Shown one piece after another: positions 10,004 to 20,382 of a stretch of 64,000 bases of DNA. The position numbers and the translations under genes were made by a program. Position 1 is the stretch's first letter. Every line of letters begins with the position of its first letter. A model generated the notes under the pieces. The model saw only the letters and a list, made by a program, of their open reading frames with translations. It did no database searches and had not been told where the DNA came from. The DNA lies in contig CM000430.1 in assembly GCA_000165345.1 (NCBI GenBank), positions 96,001 through 160,000 of the forward strand. The letters are read 5' to 3'.

Positions 10004-10488
10004 CTTTAATACTTGAAAAAAATTGGATATAAATATTGAAAAAAAAATTTCTAAATCTTCTTTATTTAATGTTTAAAAAAAATTGATTTATTTATATTAG
10101 TATTTATTTTATAGCTTCAATTGTCTTTATACCTTCTTCAGTCAATATTGAAACTATAAATATTATCACGATGATAAATAGTATTAATAATATTTTTATT
10201 GATTATTACTTGCAATAAAATATATATATATATATTATCAACTATATTTAATACAATAATTAAAAGTTATTATTATTCTCTTGAACAACCTTCAATTATT
10301 GTTATATATCTGAAAATTGAATTATATTTAAAATAAAAATAAAAATATTTTTATTAAAAATAAAATTCAAATTAATATACAAAAAATAAAAAAAGTAAAT
10401 TTTGTTATCTATTGTCCTCCTCATTATCTTTGGAAATTATTGATTCTTTTTATTACACGAATTTATTGTCCACATTAATATTATGATT

Positions 10489-10514
10489 ATTGCATGCATG
10501 CAATTTTACACGTG
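10489..10514. promoter_or_regulatory. 16-nt perfect palindrome ATTGCATGCATGCAAT plus CACGTG box, upstream of the Tyr-rich protein gene
   Basis: Read from the sequence. It lies ~490 nt upstream of the ATG at 10003 on the minus strand. Confidence 0.4.
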
Positions 10515-10721
10515 TTGTATAAATCTTAATACCGGTATCAAATTAATGATGATATATATACGTAATAAATTACTTAATAATAAAATAATTCGTAATTATT
10601 ACGAATTAATTATTTATTAAAATTATTAATTATTACGTAATTATTATGTAATATATGTATATATATATTTTTTAATAATTAATATTAAAGGAAAAAAATA
10701 TTAAAATAATATTTAAAGGGC

Positions 10722-12149
10722 TTAACTAAATTTAATAGTAGAAAACTCTTTCTCAAAGCTATCAAATCTTTTTATAGCTTTTGATCTATTCAAATTTACA
10801 ATATCCATTGGATTATCATTTGAATATTCAACAAATCCACTCAAACCAGTAATATTCTCAAAATCTGTAAACTTTAAAACAGTATCTAAAAATTCACTCT
10901 CTGATTTAAGTAATTCATTTATAAAAGAAGGTATTGAATATCCAACTTTTGAACCTAATTTGCTTATTAATGGTATAATGTTTTCCTCACAACCTATTAA
11001 TTTATTTATAAAATCTTCAGGATCATTGATTATTCTCATCATCTGAAAATGATGTAAAATCTTATCTTTTTTTTCTTTTGATGCTAACTTTATATTAAAT
11101 ACTACACTTTCCTCTAATATATTGACTAAGTCATACCAGAAATCTTGCTCTTCCATCGGATCATTAAAAACCAATACTATTACTGTATTTTCATCAAAAT
11201 TTAATCCATTCTTTCCATCAATATTTTGAATAAATTTCATGATTTCCCTGCTTGGACGACCTACTTCCATATATTCAATATTATTTATCTTTATCATTAT
11301 ATTATATATCTCAATATGTTTCAAATATACTTGATGGGATATTATCATCTTATATTTAACATTTGCAATACTATTATTCTCTTTTTTAAGTCCTGCATTT
11401 ATTCTCATTTTTTCTTCTTCCCTTTTTTCTTTCTCTCTTTTGCTATTATATATATATTTTTTATAACTCACTATTCTTCCTTCCTCATAACAATCAAATA
11501 ACCAATCTAAATTTACTATTGTTTGGATATTATTTTTTTCTTTAACTTTATCAATAATTTCTCCTTCAAATTCTTCATTATTACAAATAAGTGCCAACTT
11601 TGTAACACTTGCTTTTAGTGGAACTTTGACCAAGTCATTATCATCATTACTTTCATTTTCATTTTTATTGTCATCATCAAATATTACTCTTGCTCCCATT
11701 TGCGTTTCTACAAATGAAACTAAAATACCAATATCATCCTTCTTACGTATATATTTTGGGCTCTTTTCTCTATTATTAAATCCTCCTATTGTTTTACTAT
11801 AACCTATAATATAAATCTGAAACCCTTTCAAAATATTATATTTAAAATTGCCATTTGGTCTAAAAAAAGGATGCCATTCTAATGAATAATTCCATTCGTC
11901 ATTCACTGATAACCATATCCAAAATGGAGTTCTTAATTTCTGATAATCTATACTTGTATGCCTATATCTATATCCTTTTGAATAATTACATATTAAATAA
12001 TCAACATCATCATCCATAATCTCACTATTTAATTCCAAAACTGTTCCCCCATTATTCTCAATATATTTTTTCCTTATCAGATTATTTTCATCATTTTCTT
12101 CAAATCCACTCAGTAGAAACCTCTTATTATTCCATATTTCTGAATTCAT
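10722..12149 (-). CDS. BRCT-domain-containing protein (N-terminal BRCT fold), function unknown
   Basis: ATG start at 12149. The N-terminus KRFLLSGFEENDENNLIRKKYIENNGGTV…VDYLICNYSKGYRY…IWLSVNDEW has BRCT-like spacing (F-x-SGF … GG … hL(I/V)C … W). The remainder has no motif I recognise. Confidence 0.45.
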   Translation of the reverse strand: MNSEIWNNKRFLLSGFEENDENNLIRKKYIENNGGTVLELNSEIMDDDVDYLICNYSKGYRYRHTSIDYQKLRTPFWIWLSVNDEWNYSLEWHPFFRPNGNFKYNILKGFQIYIIGYSKTIGGFNNREKSPKYIRKKDDIGILVSFVETQMGARVIFDDDNKNENESNDDNDLVKVPLKASVTKLALICNNEEFEGEIIDKVKEKNNIQTIVNLDWLFDCYEEGRIVSYKKYIYNSKREKEKREEEKMRINAGLKKENNSIANVKYKMIISHQVYLKHIEIYNIMIKINNIEYMEVGRPSREIMKFIQNIDGKNGLNFDENTVIVLVFNDPMEEQDFWYDLVNILEESVVFNIKLASKEKKDKILHHFQMMRIINDPEDFINKLIGCEENIIPLISKLGSKVGYSIPSFINELLKSESEFLDTVLKFTDFENITGLSGFVEYSNDNPMDIVNLNRSKAIKRFDSFEKEFSTIKFS

Positions 12150-12450
12150 TTTATTATTAATATAAAAATTATTTGTTATTACTCACGCAATAAACAAAAT
12201 AAAAACTTTTTATATCTGAAATATAATCATTTATTATCTGAATATAAATTCGCTAATTTAAATGCATACAATACTGCAAAAAAAATTGAACTCATTTACT
12301 TTCTTATTTATTATTAGAACTTTAAATACAATAAATGTACGTAATTCTTGATTTTTTATTCTCAAACTTATAATATTCTTGGCAGTAAACTAATAGTTAT
12401 TTTTATTATTATATTGTTATTTCCCAATATTACCAATTACATTATTTTTA

Positions 12451-12484
12451 TTTGGGCGCCAATGATTTGTGTGTGTGGGGCGAG
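12451..12484. promoter_or_regulatory. E2F-like TTTGGGCGCCAATG plus GT-rich/GGGGCG box upstream of the BRCT gene
   Basis: Sequence motif. It lies ~300 nt upstream of the ATG at 12149 on the minus strand, and immediately 3' of the HOP2 stop codon. Confidence 0.4.
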
Positions 12485-12515
12485 TTATTATTAATAATGG
12501 TTATATAATGATTAC

Positions 12516-13879
12516 TTAAACCATCTCAATTCCTATTTCTTCCATCAAATCTGAAGCCTAAAAATTAATTACATATTTATAATGATTTTATTCAAGTAAA
12601 ATTATTGATCATAATCCACTTGAATTAAAAACAACTTACCTTCCTTTCCATAGATTCTGAAAAAGTGTCCACTGCAGATTTACATGCAGATTTGAGCTTC
12701 TTTAACTTTGCCTGAAATTCAATAAATGATAAATTTTAAAATTAATATTAAAAAAATAACTTACCTGCTTTTTTAACAAGCTATTCTTTAACTCTTTTAA
12801 TTCATTAACTGGAATAATCTCACAATCGTCATCTAACATTTTTTCCTTTCTTGAAATCTCCTCTTTAAGTGATTTATTCTTTAAAATGCAAATAAAAATA
12901 ATTAAAGATAACATTTTAGAAAAGAATTAATGCGTTATAATATTTTATATATCAAATTTTTAAATTTATATTATAAACTTACCTTAAGATTTTCTTGCAT
13001 TATTTTCTCTTCTAATTCGTCAATAGTTAATGGAACACTTATATTTCTTGTTTCTTGTTTAAGTTGTTTAAGCCTCACTTCCAAATCATTCAATTCTGAC
13101 TCGCAAACAGAAATACTTTTATCCAAAGCTTCCATTTCATCCTTGTTTAATTCTTTACAGTCACTTTGGTCTACTAAATATACTTTTTGTTTTCCATACT
13201 CCTTGCATATAAACTTCCCCTCGACAGCAAGACGTTCCATTTCATCAGTTACTTGCTTCTTTGAGTATACATTATGCAAATTATCAACCACATTTTGTAC
13301 TGAATATGGACGATTCTGCTCTTTCATATAGTTAAATATTGCCTCTCCTGCATCTCCTGCTGCTGATCCTCCCCCTGAATTTGCAACATTCCTCTTTGTC
13401 AAATTCTTTGGAGCAGACAGTTTCTTTTTCTTTGCCGGCTTTGTACTTTTATCTTCATCATCAGATTCTAATTCATCTTCCACTGAACTTTCTTTAGATG
13501 ATTGTTTTTTTGGTTTTGCAGGTTTTGAGTTAATAGACTCCCCCCCTTTTTTCTTTGTTGTACTTTTTTTGCCTTTTTTACCCTTTTCAAATTCTTCTTC
13601 TTCTAAATCCAAGTCATTTTCATCATCTTCATCATCACTATCTTCGTCTCCTTCATCTATAAAATCCATTTCCTCATCAAAATCACTCTCAAAATCATCC
13701 AATTCATCATCTTCATCATCAAAATCTGTGTATTTTACAACTTTTCTAGAATTTCTTGATGGTCTAACTTGAGATTTACTTTCCATATTATCATCTTCCA
13801 TTTTACTCTGTTGTGTTTCATCCAATCCTGTTCCTTCTTCTTCCATATTATTACCTTCTTCTTTGCTTCTTTTTACCAT
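12516..13879 (-). CDS. HOP2: HOP2/TBPIP meiotic homologous-pairing protein, four exons: complement(join(12516..12557,12640..12711,12765..12878,12983..13879))
   Basis: Exon 1 (the track ORF 12971..13879) ends …QENLK directly before GTAAGT. The winged-helix block EAIFNYMKEQNRPYSVQNVVDNLHNVYSKKQVTDEMERLAVEGKFICKEYGKQKVYLVDQ matches the human HOP2 N-terminus (ILRYLQEQNRPYSAQDVFGNLQ…GKIKEKTYGKQKIYFADQ). Three further exons are each bounded by GTAAGT donors and Py-rich…AG acceptors, with introns of 104, 53 and 82 nt. Exon 2 (K-rich coiled coil) was checked base by base and agrees with the track ORF 12702..12914 translation. The last exon ends ASDLMEEIGIEMV*, matching the HOP2 C-terminus (…FFEEVGIETDED). 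There is a long acidic/basic N-terminal extension before the winged helix. Confidence 0.65.
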
Positions 13880-14328
13880 TTTTTCTTGAATTTTTTTATT
13901 TTAATAAACAACTTATTATCTTAATTTAAATTTACTTTTAAATTTATAAATTCATTCATTCACCCTCATTTTAAATTTTTTTTATAATTTATTCCAACTT
14001 TATTTCATATTATTTATTAACTAATCTGCACTGATGCCTCTTACGTGTTAATTTTTGCCCCTCTTGCAATTCCACATGCAAATTTGCATGCAGGTAAAAT
14101 AAAATCATATACCGGTAATTTTGCGGATATATGGATAAATAAATTTAAAAATATTTTGGTAAAATTAAATGAATTATTAAACTGAAAAAACCTTATTAAA
14201 AATTTATAATAAAAGCTAAACTAGAAGAAATAATCAAATCTAAATATATTAAACAAATAGAATGCTTTTTATATAGATTAGTTTCACTCTTTAAGAAACT
14301 GTCTATAAAGAAATTCAATTGTTCATAC

Positions 14329-15255
14329 TTAAGATTTAACTTTGTTTTTACCAGAAACATTTAATCCAATAATAGTCTTGAAAGAATCATAAACCCACCA
14401 TTGCATCCCTGTTAATGTACCAATCATAATAATTCTTGTGCCCAAACCTGCTGTACACAAGTTCTTTATACCGATTTCTCTAGTCATAGATAATACGTTA
14501 ATTCTTTTGGAGCTATTATATGCAGCTTTTCCAAGCTGAGAAATTATAGTATCAGCTGGGTGTGATACAATAGCGCATATAATTCCAGATAAATAGCCTG
14601 ATAAAAATGTTATACCAAGCCTTGATTTCTTACTATATGATTCTTTAGGTTTAGTAAAGACTTTATCATAAAACATTTGATTAATTCTCTCAAAAAAATA
14701 GAATTTTGCCATTGTATAAGGAATTTGACGATACCATAAAGGCTTAATACTTCCAAAAGGAAATTTTGTTTCTGATCTATATTTATACATATTACTAGCT
14801 GATTTTAGAAAAGAGTTTGGTAATAAATCTGGCCTTGTACAAGTTTGCATTTTTATTTTTATCATTTCCATTGGACATAATGCTATGTCTGCAAAAAATT
14901 CTGCTGTTGCTGATGCTCCAAGCCAAATCAATCCTTTATGAGATTCTTTATTTGTTGTTAGAATCTTGCTAGAATATAAATCTTTAAAGTATTCATACAA
15001 GCCATATTTTAACGCACCTTGTGCTGAATAACCAATTAAAGTTGGTGCCCATCCTAATCTCAGTGCCTTTACTCCTTCAAATCTTATTATTTTAGATAAA
15101 GTTGGAACTAAGCTCCTAAATTTATCTGGGTAAACTTGTATTCTGCATTTAGCTACATCTATTGGAACAATTGCGGTGTGGGTTAGACCACAACTTAATG
15201 CTCCACCTAATGCACAGTTTAAGTAATAGTTTACATTTCTTTTCTTTTCTTTCAT
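14329..15255 (-). CDS. Mitochondrial carrier family protein, phosphate-carrier (PiC/Mir1)-like
   Basis: The track ORF starts at a GTG (15264); the first ATG is 15255..15253 (MKEKKRNVNYYLNCALGGALSCGLTHTAIVPIDVAKCRIQV, compare yeast Mir1 …[28 protein letters not shown]). Three Px[DE]xx[KR] carrier signatures are present (PIDVAKCRIQ, PMEMIKIKMQ, PADTIISQLGK). There are six TM-like helices. Confidence 0.7.
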   Translation of the reverse strand: MKEKKRNVNYYLNCALGGALSCGLTHTAIVPIDVAKCRIQVYPDKFRSLVPTLSKIIRFEGVKALRLGWAPTLIGYSAQGALKYGLYEYFKDLYSSKILTTNKESHKGLIWLGASATAEFFADIALCPMEMIKIKMQTCTRPDLLPNSFLKSASNMYKYRSETKFPFGSIKPLWYRQIPYTMAKFYFFERINQMFYDKVFTKPKESYSKKSRLGITFLSGYLSGIICAIVSHPADTIISQLGKAAYNSSKRINVLSMTREIGIKNLCTAGLGTRIIMIGTLTGMQWWVYDSFKTIIGLNVSGKNKVKS

Positions 15256-15740
15256 AAGTAACACTGAATTTTGAAATTTACTCCTCTTTAATAATTTTGT
15301 TTTTTCATTTCAATATATATTATTACTTATTTTACTAATAGGCAATATTCTTTCAAAATTTTACTTTTAATATAATACTACACCTTTTCTTCTTCTAATA
15401 TTAATTATATTAAGATTATATATGTATATATTTATTTAAATATACACATATATCATATCATATCATATATATATATATATATATATATGATATGATATAT
15501 ATATAAATAGATATAATATAAACCTCTGCAGCTATATATGCATGTATTCTTTTAAACCTCTATAATAGTAATTTTTGAATCTAATTATATCGCAAATATT
15601 AAAGCCAACCTGTTTTGCAATCCAATCAATTATTTTTTTTTTTACTACATCACGAAAACATTTTTTACTTTTTCCTTAGTATTTATTATATAATCAATTT
15701 TTCATTTTTATAGTTTTTTTTTCTAGTAATACAATGAGGC

Positions 15741-15830
15741 GCCAACTTCCGATACCCTACCATTTTGCCGCTCATGTGTGGCGGCATGGCTAATGCTGAT
15801 TTTGGGGGGTATGGGGGGCTTACCTTGAGA
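15741..15830. promoter_or_regulatory. GC-rich island with GGCGCCAAC / TTTTGCCGC / TGGCGGC E2F-like boxes in the head-to-head spacer between the phosphate-carrier and proteasome beta-3 genes
   Basis: Read from the sequence. It is flanked by long (AT)n tracts at 15455..15500 and 16035..16060. Confidence 0.4.
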
Positions 15831-16035
15831 AATAGCTGAATTTTTTTTGTGTTAATATATAATTTTTAAAAAGAAATTCTGGAAAACATAAAAAAGAGGG
15901 AAAGTTGGATTAAAAAAATTGTTTACAATCTTTAATACGATTGAATTTGCAATAGTATAGCACAGTAAATATTAAATTGGATTGTATTAAAGAATTTTAG
16001 GATATTTATATATTAATATATAAATACAGATTCTC

Positions 16036-16067
<32 letters not shown>

Positions 16068-16298
16068 TTAAAATCTTTAATAAAGTAAAAGAACAAGGCA
16101 ATTAGATTTATTTTGAAATATATCAAGTGTGTATACAAGTTTGAATATATTATTCAGCTAATACTTTTCTCAATATATACAAATTAAATCTCAGTAAGAC
16201 AATAAACAATAACACTACATTGTATAGATCCTGTGGATTTAGTACTGCTTACGATAAAACTAAGTTTTTTCAGTGAGAAATATACTAGATAATCAAAA

Positions 16299-16981
16299 AT
16301 GGTAAGTTATCTACAGATCAAAATTTTCTAAAAAAATGATTAACGCTTTTCCATTAAAATATTTAGTCTATTATGACTTATAATGGTGGTGCCATTTTGG
16401 CAATGAAGGGAAAAGAGTGTGTTGCATTTGCAACAGATATGAGACTTGGATCTAATGGATACAGAACTATAAGTACTGATTTTGATAAAGTTATTAGACC
16501 AAGCTCAAAAACATTGATGGGATTTTCAGGTTTAGCTACTGATATTCACACTCTAACAAACTTAATCAAATTTAAAACAAACTTGTATCATTTAAGGGAA
16601 GAAAGAGAAATTGGTGTTAAAGCACTTAGCCATATGACAGCTTCAATATTATATAGTAAACGTTTCAGTCCATATTTTGTGGAACCAATTGTAGCAGGTC
16701 TTGATAATAATAATGTGCCTTTTATTGCTGGGTATGATCTTATTGGATGCTTATCAGTATGTAGCGAATTTGCAATTTCCGGAACCGCTGATAATCAACT
16801 TTTTGGTATCTGTGAATCATACTATAGACCTGATTTAGAACCTGATGAACTTATGGAAATCGTCTCACAATGTATGCTTTCCGGTATAGATAGAGATGCA
16901 TTTTCTGGATGGGGTTGCAAAGTTTATCTACTTACTCCTGAAAAGCTCGTCACCAAAACTTTAAAATCAAGAATGGATTAA
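16299..16981 (+). CDS. PSMB3: Proteasome subunit beta type-3, two exons: join(16299..16301,16367..16981), 65-nt intron
   Basis: The track ORF (16373..16981) begins MTYNGGAILAMKGKECVAFATD… The open frame continues 6 nt upstream to S-I, preceded by TTTAG. An ATG at 16299 is immediately followed by GTAAGTT. Splicing ATG|GTAAGT…ATTTAG|TCT ATT ATG ACT gives MSIMTYNGGAILAMKGKECVAF, which matches the human PSMB3 N-terminus [22 protein letters not shown]. The C-terminus (…TKTLKSRMD) also matches (…TRTLKARMD). Confidence 0.8.
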
Positions 16982-17484
16982 TTTCCTATTTCTTGATCCA
17001 CTTAATTGCTACTTTAATAATCAATTTTGTATTGATAATTAAATCCTTTTAATGGTTTTTACTTATCTACTTTAGTCTTCATTATTATTATTATTATCAT
17101 TTTTATTTTTATTACAACACTTCCATAGTAAGAAATTGAAGTAAACCAAGGTTAAATCTAGAGGATTAAGTCTAATCAACCATAATTGTTGAAATAAATT
17201 GAGAAATTTCTAGTAGAAGATAATAGGTTAAACAAAATGGGTATTTTGGTGTTACATCAAAAGCCCGCCATCACTTAAGTAAATCAGTTTCTATGCTATT
17301 GATATATTAATTTGTTTTACCTATAAAACTTGCCAATCTGTGCAAAAAAGTTTAAATATTAGCATTTATTTAAAGTAAATCTTTCCCATTACACTGTTTT
17401 ATCCTAGAACTACACTCTTTAATATCATTAGTCTAAAAACTTTAAAGAAAAAAATTTATAAACTAATATATTGTTGATTTGTTC

Positions 17485-17535
17485 ATGCATGCAAACTAAT
17501 GAAATTAGAACGATGACGTAATGGGCGCCAAAATT
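17485..17535. promoter_or_regulatory. CATGCATGCA … TGACGTAATGGGCGCCAAAATT promoter-type motif pair in a 3'-3' convergent spacer
   Basis: Sequence motifs. Both flanking genes (16299..16981 + and 17982..19700 -) end here, so no annotated gene is available to use the motifs. Confidence 0.35.
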
Positions 17536-17981
17536 CCAATTCGAGATTTTAAAATCTACATTAGATGTAATATTTATAGAATTTTTTTTTCTATAGTTGT
17601 TTTATATTTCATGATACACATACATACACACTGTAATTTTTTCTTTTTGAATTTTTCTCCAACTTATGGTATATTATTGATTAGACCTCACCCGGTCTCA
17701 CTCAATGTTCGAATAATCTCGGGAATAAATTAAATTTTCATTCCGGACTAAATTGAATTAAAATATAGAAATATGTTAGATTTACTAAAAGATATATCTA
17801 AAAAGATTAGATAGATTTAAAAAAAAAGATAAGGTGAGATTAATTTGTGATTCTTTTTTTTAAAATAATATTTATTGAAAACTAATTATTCTTGTAAATA
17901 TTTTTCATTACAACTTATAATGATCAAATAATATATTGCGCAAACAGTTCCCGCATTTTAGTCAAATGTGATATTTGGAAC

Positions 17982-19700
17982 TTAGGTAGCAAGCATTGCT
18001 TTATTTTCGGGAATATTTTCAGAATCTTTGGTTGGTATTGTGAGATTATAAATCTGATAAATTTCTCTGGAATCAATAATTGCCACAGCAGCAAGAGTAC
18101 AGATTGTAGCTACCCCACAAGTAAGCATTAATTTCCAGTAAAGTTTATAAACAATAGAATTATATTCTCTATTTTCATACTTTGCGAGCCTGATAATAGA
18201 ATCAATAACTATAATCAAGAATGATTGAATAACAAGAATCCCAAATTTCCACCCTCCTTGATAAGGTTGAAGAGCTTCTTTACTAGGCCAATAAATAAGC
18301 ATAATTCCATAAATTGAAATAGTTAAAGAAATTATTAGAATTATATTATAAAGAAAGGCCTTAGATGGATGAATAACATTTAGTACCGAAACAAAAATAT
18401 TGATTGGAAGAAGTTGTATCATTAATATATAGCTTACAATGACAATTTTTGGTTGAAAATAAGTTTCTGTACTGGTTGGAATCATAAATGGAGGAACCTT
18501 CCAAACCTGATAAGGGCCTGTTCTCCTTATAGCTGTAACAATTTGTTCTGATCCTCCAAAGTATTCAACAAAAAGATCCCAAAGCCATATATAGCATATA
18601 CTTTGATAAGTAGATTGTATTACATTAAACATTCCATATCCAATTGGAGCAATACACGAGAGGAATTGCATAAGTACAGTAATTGGGAAACTCAAAAATA
18701 TATATAAATATAGACTCACAATTTTTACAGGAAAGACAGTATTTGTAATATTTCTGACCTGTTCTCCACCTTTTCTAAGCTTGCGATATTTTCGAATAGA
18801 AAATCCAATAACCATAATTAAGCTAATAGTAATAAAAATCAGTGCAACTTTAACTTCTTGAAGTCCGTCTTTATTAAATGCTGTTTTAATATCCGGAAAT
18901 TTAGAGTCCAACTCTGATTCTATTAGAGAAAACTTTGTATTTTCTACTGATCTTCTTGAATCTAAGTTAGATCCTATTCCATTTAATTCCACTTGGCTTG
19001 ATACTTGTCCAACTTTACCAACCTGAATTTTTTGTGGAGATATCTTTTGACTATTAGATTTTTGTGAATCCATTTGGGTTTGGGATGGTTTTGAAGAAGG
19101 TGTTGATGAAGATGGCTGAGATGAAGAATTCCGAGGTGGAGGAGCTGGTTGGGATGGAGACTGCTGTGGAGGAGACTGTTTTGGGGGAGACTGCTGCGAA
19201 GAGGACTGCTGCGAAGAGGACTGCTGCGAAGAGGATTGCTGAGGTGGAGGAGCTGGTTGGGATGAAGACTGCTTAGGTGGGGACTGCTGAGAAGAAGGCA
19301 TTGATGGAGCACTGGATGTCTGGCTCTGAGTGTTCCCTCCTTCTTTCGGCACTGAAGGAACTTGTATAACTTCTTTCGAATTTGGAGTTCCAGATCGTTC
19401 GTTTACACTAACTGAAACTATTGGAATATTAATTGGTGCGCTATCCTTGGATAAACCTGGCCCTAGTGTAGGAACTGGAGCAGGAGTAGGTTTAGGTGCA
19501 GGAGTAGGTGCAGGAGCAGGAATGGGTGCAGGAGCAGGAGTAGGCGCAGGCGTAGGAGCAGGAGTAGGCGCAGGAGTAGGCGCAGGAGTAGGCGCAGGAG
19601 TAGGCGCAGGAGCAGGAGCAGGAGCAGCCTGATTTGCGCTCGTGTTTGGAGCGGTGAGAGTTTGAGATGCGTCACTCTTATTGGGAGCCTCTCTAACCAT
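17982..19700 (-). CDS. Membrane protein: N-terminal Pro/Ala/Thr and Ser/Gln repeat region followed by a multi-pass transmembrane C-terminal domain
   Basis: ATG start at 19700. (PAPT)n is encoded by perfect 12-nt tandem repeats GCAGGAGTAGGC (~19478..19630 on the plus strand). (SSQQS)n is encoded by a 15-nt repeat (19187..19236). The C-terminal 280 aa contain at least six hydrophobic helices (…IFITISLIMVIGF…, …YILMIQLLPINIFVSVL…, …ILIISLTISIYGIMLIYW…). Confidence 0.5.
   Translation of the reverse strand: MVREAPNKSDASQTLTAPNTSANQAAPAPAPAPTPAPTPAPTPAPTPAPTPAPTPAPAPIPAPAPTPAPKPTPAPVPTLGPGLSKDSAPINIPIVSVSVNERSGTPNSKEVIQVPSVPKEGGNTQSQTSSAPSMPSSQQSPPKQSSSQPAPPPQQSSSQQSSSQQSSSQQSPPKQSPPQQSPSQPAPPPRNSSSQPSSSTPSSKPSQTQMDSQKSNSQKISPQKIQVGKVGQVSSQVELNGIGSNLDSRRSVENTKFSLIESELDSKFPDIKTAFNKDGLQEVKVALIFITISLIMVIGFSIRKYRKLRKGGEQVRNITNTVFPVKIVSLYLYIFLSFPITVLMQFLSCIAPIGYGMFNVIQSTYQSICYIWLWDLFVEYFGGSEQIVTAIRRTGPYQVWKVPPFMIPTSTETYFQPKIVIVSYILMIQLLPINIFVSVLNVIHPSKAFLYNIILIISLTISIYGIMLIYWPSKEALQPYQGGWKFGILVIQSFLIIVIDSIIRLAKYENREYNSIVYKLYWKLMLTCGVATICTLAAVAIIDSREIYQIYNLTIPTKDSENIPENKAMLAT
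19478..19630 (-). repeat. Perfect in-frame 12-nt tandem repeat array (GCAGGAGTAGGC)n encoding (APTP)n
   Basis: Direct repeats are visible. This is a candidate length-polymorphic minisatellite. Confidence 0.8.
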
Positions 19701-20382
19701 TTAAGTTTGAGTTTGCTAAAATTTTACTGATAGAAAACCGGCACCACTGAGAATCAACTTCTTAAATTGAGGTTAATAAGCTTGTAGAGATTTTTGTCCT
19801 TCATATACCAACTTGATGATTCCACAATTTATACCAAGTTTATTGTTTGATTTTGTAACTTGTTTAAATTAATAGTTAAAAGGTTTTGTTACAAAAAATT
19901 AAGATATACACGTAATGCAAACTAATGATTTAATTACATGTAATTAAAGTGTCATAAATTAACCAAAAAATACACCTAAAATCACCAATTGACGTTGATC
20001 TCAATTTTAACCCAATAACAAGGTAATATTTATGTAATGAAATATTTTATAAACTCTTCTTAAATTGCTTTTTTTAGAATTTCATACATATAGAGGTGAC
20101 AATAACTATAATTTAAGTGTAATTATTTTTCTGCACCCTAATTTAATATAAATTGTGTGTACCCTATAATATAACTAAGATAAATTATCAATTATTAATT
20201 TACCAGAATGAAATAAAAACACATTATCCATATTTAATTTCTAATCAAAACAATTTGAGCCATAAAGACTCAATTGAAAGGAAAAACTAAATTTATAATT
20301 TTTTTTTTTAAATCAATATTCCTGTTTTCAAAGCTGTTGGAATTACTAGTTACTTCTATTTTTATATTAGTTACACACAAAT

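Noticed and set aside
9150-13772. Short ORFs antisense to, or nested in, the Tyr-rich, BRCT and HOP2 genes (9150..9362+, 9670..9906+, 11226..11501+, 12930..13331+, 13569..13772+)
   Set aside because: They are low-complexity mirror translations (MNMYMDIDMN…, SSSSKSKSFSSSS…) of the opposite-strand coding sequence. ORF 12702..12914(-) is not separate; it is HOP2 exon 2 read beyond its splice sites.
17640-17725. Possible tRNA (GTTCGAAT T-loop-like string; GACCTCACCCGGTCTCAC)
   Set aside because: I could not assemble a cloverleaf (no 7-bp acceptor stem, no D-arm). The string is probably coincidental.
18983-19675. Four ORFs overlapping the (APTP)n/(SSQQS)n repeat arrays on both strands
   Set aside because: They are alternative-frame or antisense translations of perfect tandem repeats (poly-Leu-Arg, poly-Gly-Ala). 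Only the long minus-strand frame continues into a TM domain.
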